From Deltaproteobacteria bacterium (GTDB taxonomy: Bacteria > Desulfobacterota > Binatia > UBA12015), in contig JAYGCM010000055.1 of assembly GCA_046583355.1 (NCBI GenBank), positions 1-35,343 on the forward strand: DNA of 35,343 nucleotides, given 5' to 3'. A model generated the notes under the pieces. That model was given only the letters and a program-made list of their open reading frames with translations, did no database searches and was not told where the DNA came from. Made by a program: the position numbers and the translations under genes. Shown here one piece after another: positions 9,160 to 16,062 of the stretch (the stretch's first letter is position 1; each line of letters starts with the position of its first letter).

Positions 9160-9828
9160 TCAGGAGAAGAACTCGCCGAGACGACGGCGCAGACTCGGGA
9201 CCAGGATCGGACCAACCAGGAGCAGCGTCAGCAACCCGGCACCGAGGTAGAAGCGCGGCGTGAGGCCGTCGATCAGGCTCGCACCGAAGAAGGAATAGGT
9301 GAAGGCACGGATAATCCCGCCGACCGCCACCGCGAGCGCAAAGGCGCCGAAGCGGATCGTAGAGATACCCGAGGCCCAAAAGACGCCGGTCATCGGACCG
9401 GCGGGGTAAACCATCGAAGCGAAGACGACCCAGGGCCCGAATTTCTCAATCTTCTCGTCGAGCCCCGGATAACGAGCGCCGAGTTTCGCCCGCATCCAAT
9501 CGGCCCCTAGACCGCGGCCCAGCGCGAAGGTGATCACGCCGGAGAAAAAGAGTCCGAGCGACCCGAGCACAGTTCCCCAGAGAACGCCGAAACAAAGCCC
9601 GCCCACCGTAACCAGAAGAATCGAGGGCAGAAAAAGAAACTGCCGAAAGGTGAGCACACCCAGGTAGACGAAGGGCGCGATCGTCCCCTGCCCCCGCACC
9701 CAATCGCGCAGGCTATCCAGCGAGAGTTCCAGGCCGAGCCATTGGTGAACATACCAGCCGCCACCGAAGGCCAGCGGCAGAAGGCCCCAGACCGCCCAGA
9801 CCGGCGGCCGTTTTCTGGCAGCACCCAC
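9160..9828 (-). CDS. TVP38/TMEM64 (DedA/VTT domain) membrane protein
   Basis: FLFLPS...GGLCFGVLWG...FALGRGLG pattern, SGISTIRFGAF; several hydrophobic helices. Confidence 0.85.
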   Translation of the reverse strand: MGAARKRPPVWAVWGLLPLAFGGGWYVHQWLGLELSLDSLRDWVRGQGTIAPFVYLGVLTFRQFLFLPSILLVTVGGLCFGVLWGTVLGSLGLFFSGVITFALGRGLGADWMRAKLGARYPGLDEKIEKFGPWVVFASMVYPAGPMTGVFWASGISTIRFGAFALAVAVGGIIRAFTYSFFGASLIDGLTPRFYLGAGLLTLLLVGPILVPSLRRRLGEFFS

Positions 9829-10059
9829 GGCGCGAGTCTACCCGGTGGCCGGACGATTGCCACGGCCCAGGAAAGCGTCTCTGGCAAACGCATTTCCGGC
9901 GCGCCGGCAAACGTGCCCATTCGGGTGGCACGTTCCAGGGCTTGCGTCATCCCGACTCAGGCTTTCTTCCCGCCGCCCAATCAGGCACACTGGCCTGAAG
10001 CCAATGGCGGGCTGATGTTGGGGGAGAATCCACCCATTGTGGAAGACAGGGAAGAATTC

Positions 10060-10773
10060 ATGATCCGTAAAATTGTTTTCGTTATTGCGGCGGCCGTCCT
10101 CGTGCTGCCAGCCCTGGCTCTGGCGCAAGCCGGTGTCCAGCTGACTCCGGACTCCGCGCGTTACCTCATCAGCAAAGATGTGGGGGCCGAGCGCTGGGCC
10201 ATTTCGGTCAACGTCGAAGACCGCACGGCCACCGGCAACGTCTTCAAAACCGACGGCTCACCGACCTCATTTGTCTGGTGCGATATCACCAATATCGATG
10301 CGAATACGGATCCGGAGAAAATCGAGTTCACCCTGAGCTGCTGGGGCGCCGACGCCTGCGCGTCAGCCCCTTGCAACGACAGCGAATGGTCCTTCATCGC
10401 CAGCGGCATCAAATTGGACGGCAGCTTCATGCTGCCGCCCAATACCCAATCCACCCTTTCGGGCAATGTGCAATCGATCCTCACCCAGCGCTGCGCCACC
10501 TCGCCAGGCTGTCATATGGTGGGCGGCGGAGGGAATGTCGATCTCGCCGACGGCGCGACTTGGGCGGCGACCTTCGGGGTCGGCACCCTACAGCGTCCGG
10601 GCACGTCCTTCGTCGAGCCCTTCGACGCCGATGCCAGCTACCTGATCGCAAAGATCACCGGAAACCTCGCCGCCAGCGAGGGCTCGCGGATGCCGCTGGC
10701 GGGTGCCCCGCTGAGCGCACAGGAAATCCAGACCATCCGACGCTGGATCGACGAAGGCGCGGTCGACAATTGA
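10060..10773 (+). CDS. Secreted protein: Cys-containing N-terminal beta domain + C-terminal c-type cytochrome-like domain
   Basis: Signal peptide MIRKIVFV...ALA; CATSPGCH, VEPFDADASYL, RMPLAG..L...EI..IRRWIDEGA (planctomycete-type cytochrome c pattern). Confidence 0.7.
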   Translation: MIRKIVFVIAAAVLVLPALALAQAGVQLTPDSARYLISKDVGAERWAISVNVEDRTATGNVFKTDGSPTSFVWCDITNIDANTDPEKIEFTLSCWGADACASAPCNDSEWSFIASGIKLDGSFMLPPNTQSTLSGNVQSILTQRCATSPGCHMVGGGGNVDLADGATWAATFGVGTLQRPGTSFVEPFDADASYLIAKITGNLAASEGSRMPLAGAPLSAQEIQTIRRWIDEGAVDN

Positions 10774-10939
10774 GTTTGAGAGCAAAGGTCCGGCCCCTGC
10801 TGCGTCTTCGCCCCACGAACACGGTTTTCCTCTTCCCCGCTGCCGCACCGGATGAGAAGCTGTCCAAGCAACCGGGAGTGCGCAGGCGGAACGGCCGAAA
10901 CACGGCGAGTGCCTACCCTCCTTCGTGAAAGGCTTTCCC

Positions 10940-13255
10940 ATGCCCGTCCTCCTTTTCGCCCATATCCACCGCGTGCCCCGGACGCTTCTGGTCCTCGCAT
11001 GCCTGCTCCTCCTGAGCGGCGGATCCGCCCTCGCAGCCACGTTTACCCATATCCGCGTCGAGCCTTCGTCATTGACGCTGGCACCCAGCGCAACGCATGC
11101 CTACCGCGCCTTCGCGGAATATTCCGACGGCAGCTCGGTGGAGATCACCGCGTTTGTCGAATGGACAACTGGATCCTCGCGCTATGCCCGCGTCAGCACC
11201 GAGGCTGACAGCCGCGGGCACGTGACAGCGCGCGCGCCCGGAGAGGTCGAGATCCGGGCCACACTGGTATACGGCGAGGATAATATCAGGGGCACCGCCT
11301 TGCTCACGATCGATGCCGGCCCGCTCTTGCGCATCCGCACCAGGCCCACATCCAAATCTCTGGAGGTCGGAGAAATCGAACTCTTCGATGCTCGCGCCGT
11401 CTTCGCAAGCGGCTATGAGGTCGACATCAGCGAGCGCGTTCTCTGGTCAACCTCCGACGCAAGCATCGCCAGCGTCGTGGCCTCGGGAATTGACGCCGGC
11501 CGAGTCACGGCGCATGCCACCGGACTGGTAGCGATTTCCGCCGACGATCTGGAGACCGGCCTGCGCAATACAGATGGCAGTACGCGGGTGCGAGCCCGTG
11601 TCACCCATATCGGATTTGACCAAGCCGGCTACCTACTCGGCCGCGACATGCGCCTATCGCTGCGCGTCTACGCCTACCGCACCGATGGAACCCGCACGAA
11701 CATCACAGACGATACCACCTTCTACGCCAGCGTTGACGGCGTCATTGCGATACAAACCGGCGGCGAAGACGCCGGTTTGATCCATGGCTTGGCCGAGGGC
11801 AGCGTCGAGGTCGATGCCCATGATACCGAGCGTGACCTCTGGGCCAGCGCCGGCCTCGGGCGCACGACCATCCGGGTTACCGGAGAGCTTGCGGAGATTG
11901 TCGTGACCCCGCTGACTCTCAGCATCGGCGAGACGCGCAACGCCCGCGTCTATGGCGTGCTCACGACCGGCGAGCGCACGGACGACCTGCGCAAGGTGGT
12001 CGATTGGACCAGCGCCGACGAACAGGTTGCCCAGGTCGGCAATGGCAACCGCAACGGCGAGGTGATTGGCGTCGGCGCCGGCCGGACGACCCTCTTCGCC
12101 TACGACCCCCATACCGGCATCGCATCGAACGGCACCAGCAATGTTCGCGTTCGCGGCGCCGTGGTAGCGCTGGCGATCGACGCCCCGGACGGGGGACGCG
12201 TGCCGATGGGCACAGCCGTCACCTTCAAGGCGCGTGCACGCTACGAAGAGGGCGATACCTCGAACGTCAGCGACAAATGCGATTGGTCAATCGACCATCC
12301 GAACGTTGCCGAAGTCGACAATATGCTGCCCGGCAAGGGCGCTATTACCGGGCTCGAATTCGGTGGACGCACGACAGTACGGATTCTCTGCAACGGCCTT
12401 TCCGCCAGCGCCGAGGTGAGAGTCATCGGCGATGCCATCGCGCTGCGGATCTCTCCGGACGGCGGCACCTTCGCGGCCTTTCGCAACAAAAAATTCCGCG
12501 CCTGGGTGCAGCATGAAGGTGGCGACGAAATCGACATCACAGGCGAGACTACCTGGATCTCAGCAAACCCAGGCGTCGCCTTCCCCGACCCCGAAGAGCC
12601 CGGCCGCATCCATTTTCTGGACTCCGGCGAAGCACAAATCGCCGCCGTCGCACCGAACGGTTTCGTCGCAACCGCTACGCTCGTGGTCCAGGGCGGTATC
12701 CTGACCATGGAAATCACCCCCGACAAGGCAACCATTCGCGGCGGCTCGGGAAGGCGGCTACGAGTCACGGCTACGATGGAAGACGGCAAGACACGCCGCA
12801 CGGTGACACGCTCGGTGACTCTCACCTCAAGTGACGACGAAATCGTCCGCATCGCCCCCACCGATTCCGAGCCCGGCCGAATTCTGGCCGGGAGCATGGC
12901 CGGAACAGCGATCGTGACGGCGCGGACGACCTCCGGCATAGAAGCCACCGCGACCATTCGCGTGCGCGGCATCCTGCAAGCCCTGGAGGTCCGGCTGCAC
13001 CGCGATGAAATCGAGAGCGGCAAAGATGTCCGCGTGCGGATCCGCGGCTTCTACGAGACCGGCAAGCCGCGCTTCCTCTCCCGCTATGCCGAGCTACGCA
13101 GCAGCGACGAGAACGTGGCGCGCCCCGGCCGAGGCCTGCGCCGCTACGGGCGCCTGGAAACGGGCACACCGGGCACCGCCGAGATCTATGCCATCGACAC
13201 AGCTACCGGCATCCAATCTCCGCCCATCACCCTCAAGGTACTCCCCGCTGACTAA
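10940..13255 (+). CDS. Secreted protein with about 8 tandem bacterial Ig-like (Big_2-type) domains
   Basis: Signal peptide ending SALA; eight ~90-aa units with recurring D[IV][TS]..V.W.S.D..VA.V...G.[IV]...G motif; ORF extends to GTG 10925. Confidence 0.8.
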   Translation: MPVLLFAHIHRVPRTLLVLACLLLLSGGSALAATFTHIRVEPSSLTLAPSATHAYRAFAEYSDGSSVEITAFVEWTTGSSRYARVSTEADSRGHVTARAPGEVEIRATLVYGEDNIRGTALLTIDAGPLLRIRTRPTSKSLEVGEIELFDARAVFASGYEVDISERVLWSTSDASIASVVASGIDAGRVTAHATGLVAISADDLETGLRNTDGSTRVRARVTHIGFDQAGYLLGRDMRLSLRVYAYRTDGTRTNITDDTTFYASVDGVIAIQTGGEDAGLIHGLAEGSVEVDAHDTERDLWASAGLGRTTIRVTGELAEIVVTPLTLSIGETRNARVYGVLTTGERTDDLRKVVDWTSADEQVAQVGNGNRNGEVIGVGAGRTTLFAYDPHTGIASNGTSNVRVRGAVVALAIDAPDGGRVPMGTAVTFKARARYEEGDTSNVSDKCDWSIDHPNVAEVDNMLPGKGAITGLEFGGRTTVRILCNGLSASAEVRVIGDAIALRISPDGGTFAAFRNKKFRAWVQHEGGDEIDITGETTWISANPGVAFPDPEEPGRIHFLDSGEAQIAAVAPNGFVATATLVVQGGILTMEITPDKATIRGGSGRRLRVTATMEDGKTRRTVTRSVTLTSSDDEIVRIAPTDSEPGRILAGSMAGTAIVTARTTSGIEATATIRVRGILQALEVRLHRDEIESGKDVRVRIRGFYETGKPRFLSRYAELRSSDENVARPGRGLRRYGRLETGTPGTAEIYAIDTATGIQSPPITLKVLPAD

Positions 13256-13331
13256 TCCCCACGGCAGCGCATCCAGCTCGACTCCCAACCAAAGGCCGAA
13301 GAGTTTCAGCCACCGGGCCCGTCCGCAGACA

Positions 13332-13369
13332 AGGGGACAACTTTCGGTACACGTCCCCTGAAGGGGACG
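13332..13369. repeat. Short REP-like palindrome cluster AGGGGAC / GTCCCCT / AGGGGAC
   Basis: AGGGGAC 13332-13338, CGTCCCCT 13352-13359, AGGGGACG 13362-13369 in an intergenic gap. Confidence 0.5.
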
Positions 13370-13429
13370 GATGCGGCTCGACTTTGGGGGCGCATCTGGG
13401 TAGCCGCGTCTTTGAGTGTGGAGTTTTTG

Positions 13430-15481
13430 ATGAAGAATTTTTGGCGCGGGTGTTTCGTTCGAGTTGCTGTTTTGGGGCTGGTGGTCACTGCCAGTTGCCA
13501 GGCTCCGCCGCAGGATCCCTACCGGCCGATTGCGCGTTTGCGTGGCATGATTGCGGTGGGGCCTCCGGGCCGCTTCGGGTGGGATTGTGGGGTCGGCGAC
13601 GAGCTCCGGCCGGCTGTCGGCTGCTCGCGGATTGATCAACTCCTGCACGATGTACGGCCCTTCCCCGTGGGTGCGGCCAGCACGCCGGCGCGGGCCGATG
13701 TGCCGCAGGCATTGGTCGGCAAACCGCTCATTGTCCAGACCAAGATTGTGGCACGCCGCGCTACCAGTTGGGTGACGCGGCAGACGATCTTCTACCCCGC
13801 AGCCCCGGCCCACCTCGATCTCGCCATCCCACTCGATGGCGTAACCACTGACAAAGCAAGCGAGTTGCGTGTCCTGATCGAGGCCCGCGCCGTCTACCCT
13901 GAAAAACAGAGTTGGGTCACTCGCAAGATCGCCGTACCCCCCGAGGCGATCTTCACCACCGGCATCGCACTCGAAGACCTCGGGCTCGGCACGCCCGAAG
14001 CCGTAACCTCCATCCGGATCCGCGCGGTAGGCGAAGACCTCGATGAGCTACTCTACGAGGGCGAGCTACGCCCCGACGATGCGGCGGGCTGGCGCGACCT
14101 CAAAATCGACCTCAGCGCATTCGCCGGGCGCAAGATCCGCTTCGCTTTCGATACCGAATGGCAGACGCCCGGAATTGCCTTTCCTCTTTTCGGCGCGCCT
14201 CTGGTGCTGGCGCGGGCGAAGCGCGAGAAGGCGCGCAACGTAATCCTGGTCTCGCTCGATACCCTGCGCGGTGACCATATCGAGAAATTCCACGAAAAGA
14301 TTCCGCTGATGCCGGAACTGGCCGCGTTTGCCGCCGAGGGGGCTCTCTTCGAGCGGGCTTTCTCGGCTTATCCCTCGACCAGCGCCAGCCATATGACGCT
14401 CTTCACCAGCACCTATCCCGTGGTCCACCAGGTCACCTTCGCCAATCAACTCGCGCCCCGCTGGCTCGCGATGCTCACCGAGGTTTTTGCCGCCGGCGGC
14501 TATGCGACCGGCGCGGTCACCGAGAACGCGATGCTGGCCGCGCATTCCGGATTCGCGCGCGGCTTCGATACCTACCTGGAGAATAAGGGCCTCGGAAAAT
14601 GGGAGTCGGCCGGCGAAGCCGAGGCAACCTTTGCGGCCGGCATCGACTGGATCGAAGCGCATCGCGACGAGGTCTTCTTCCTTTTCCTGCACACCTACGA
14701 GGTGCATAGCCCCTATACGCCGCCCGCCGACGTCGCCCTGCCCAAGCTGCCCAAGGGCGCGCCCATCGCCGAGGTGAAGGCGCGCCAATATCAGGGCGAA
14801 GTGCGCCACACCGATCGCCTTCTGGCGGAGGTCTTCCGCAAAATCGAGGATCTCGGCCTCGCCGAGGATACCATCATCGTGGTCACCTCGGATCATGGTG
14901 AGGCCTTCGGCGAGCACGGCCACGTCGGCCACTCCTGGATGGTCTACGATGAATTCGTACACGTACCTTTGATCTTCTGGGGCCCCGGCGCCATCGCGCC
15001 CGGAAAGCGCATCCAGGCCCAGACCTCGCTGATCGACGTGGCCCCGACCCTCTTTGAACTCACGGGCCTACCGCAGCCCACAATCATGACGGGGCAGAGC
15101 CTGGGCGCCTTGCTGCGAGGCGAGACCACATCCCCACCCGAAGATTTCATCTACCTCGAAGCGCCCAAGGGAAAGAAGCCGAAAGCCGGCCGTGTTTTCG
15201 CGGCGCGTAGTGAGAAATACAAATTCATCGGGCGCGAGTTCCTTCCCGAGCCCTTAGAAATCTACAACCTGCAGAGCGATCCCGGTGAGAAAAAGAACCT
15301 CATCGGTATAGCCGATGAGGCTCTCCTGGCCGAGGCCCGTGCGGTACTGGGGCGCTACCGCGCCCTGGATGCCGAGGCCAAAACGCGTGACGGGCAGGGA
15401 AATATCAAGAGCGAAGTCCGCACCCGAACGCTCGATAGCGCGACCCAGAAAAAGCTGAAGGCACTCGGCTACGTAGACTGA
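13430..15481 (+). CDS. Sulfatase-like (alkaline phosphatase superfamily) hydrolase/transferase with an exported N-terminal extension
   Basis: NVILVSLDTLRGDH, PSTSASHMTLFTS, FFLFLHTYEVHSPY, TSDHGEAFGEHG, C-terminal LKALGYVD; hydrophobic N-terminus with possible lipobox TASC. Confidence 0.85.
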   Translation: MKNFWRGCFVRVAVLGLVVTASCQAPPQDPYRPIARLRGMIAVGPPGRFGWDCGVGDELRPAVGCSRIDQLLHDVRPFPVGAASTPARADVPQALVGKPLIVQTKIVARRATSWVTRQTIFYPAAPAHLDLAIPLDGVTTDKASELRVLIEARAVYPEKQSWVTRKIAVPPEAIFTTGIALEDLGLGTPEAVTSIRIRAVGEDLDELLYEGELRPDDAAGWRDLKIDLSAFAGRKIRFAFDTEWQTPGIAFPLFGAPLVLARAKREKARNVILVSLDTLRGDHIEKFHEKIPLMPELAAFAAEGALFERAFSAYPSTSASHMTLFTSTYPVVHQVTFANQLAPRWLAMLTEVFAAGGYATGAVTENAMLAAHSGFARGFDTYLENKGLGKWESAGEAEATFAAGIDWIEAHRDEVFFLFLHTYEVHSPYTPPADVALPKLPKGAPIAEVKARQYQGEVRHTDRLLAEVFRKIEDLGLAEDTIIVVTSDHGEAFGEHGHVGHSWMVYDEFVHVPLIFWGPGAIAPGKRIQAQTSLIDVAPTLFELTGLPQPTIMTGQSLGALLRGETTSPPEDFIYLEAPKGKKPKAGRVFAARSEKYKFIGREFLPEPLEIYNLQSDPGEKKNLIGIADEALLAEARAVLGRYRALDAEAKTRDGQGNIKSEVRTRTLDSATQKKLKALGYVD

Positions 15482-16062
15482 GAACACCTCGCCTCAGCAG
15501 GGCGGCCGCGCCGGGCCGCGAGTAAATAGAGCAATACGACGAGTGCCGGAAAGGCGAGCCAAGGCCAGGCGCGCAGCCATAGGCTCGGCCCGGCCGTAAT
15601 CGGCAGCGAAATCTCGATCGGCAGGGGCTCCCGCCCGACTCGCTCGACCTCCCATACGAAGCGCCAATCCCCGATCTGATGAAAGAAAATCGGCGCTGCG
15701 TAAATCATGTGATTGCCGGCAAATCCGGGCCGCGCTGCGCGGGTCTGCGCGCTGCCATCGGGTGCCTCCGCACGAAGCTGCACGCGAGGACCCAAGAGAA
15801 TCGCACCCGCCGCTCGGCCTGGGTGCGCGGCCACCGCAGCGTGCCGAGGAGGTGCGGGCGATTGCAGCAGAAGCCCGAGTTCGGACTCGCCCGAAACCAG
15901 CCCCGGACTTTCGACAAAAAGCGTCCAATGCAAATCGCCGGCGATGCCACGCGCGACCATCGCTCCGACATCGGCCTGTGCCAACGAAGCGCGCTGCGCG
16001 CAGAGGAAGCCGATCGCCAACAGAAGCTGAGCGCAGCCTCGCAGCAGTCCATGACGCGTCAT
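15469..16062 (-). CDS. Exported YtkA/FixH-like protein with C-terminal TM anchor; likely oxidase-assembly accessory
   Basis: C-terminal part of ORF 15469..16839; ATG overlaps the upstream stop (TGATG); signal-like N-terminus, GNHMIYAA...GDWRF, terminal hydrophobic helix + RRGR. Confidence 0.6.
   Translation of the reverse strand: MTRHGLLRGCAQLLLAIGFLCAQRASLAQADVGAMVARGIAGDLHWTLFVESPGLVSGESELGLLLQSPAPPRHAAVAAHPGRAAGAILLGPRVQLRAEAPDGSAQTRAARPGFAGNHMIYAAPIFFHQIGDWRFVWEVERVGREPLPIEISLPITAGPSLWLRAWPWLAFPALVVLLYLLAARRGRPAEARCSQST

Noticed and set aside
10774..10939. Riboswitch (c-di-GMP-I or cobalamin-like) in the intergenic gap
   Set aside because: Only fragmentary resemblance, on the strand with no downstream gene; consensus elements missing
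13766..13924. SWVTR pentapeptide occurring twice in the sulfatase-like N-terminus
   Set aside because: Too short, and the flanks do not align, so it does not support an internal duplication
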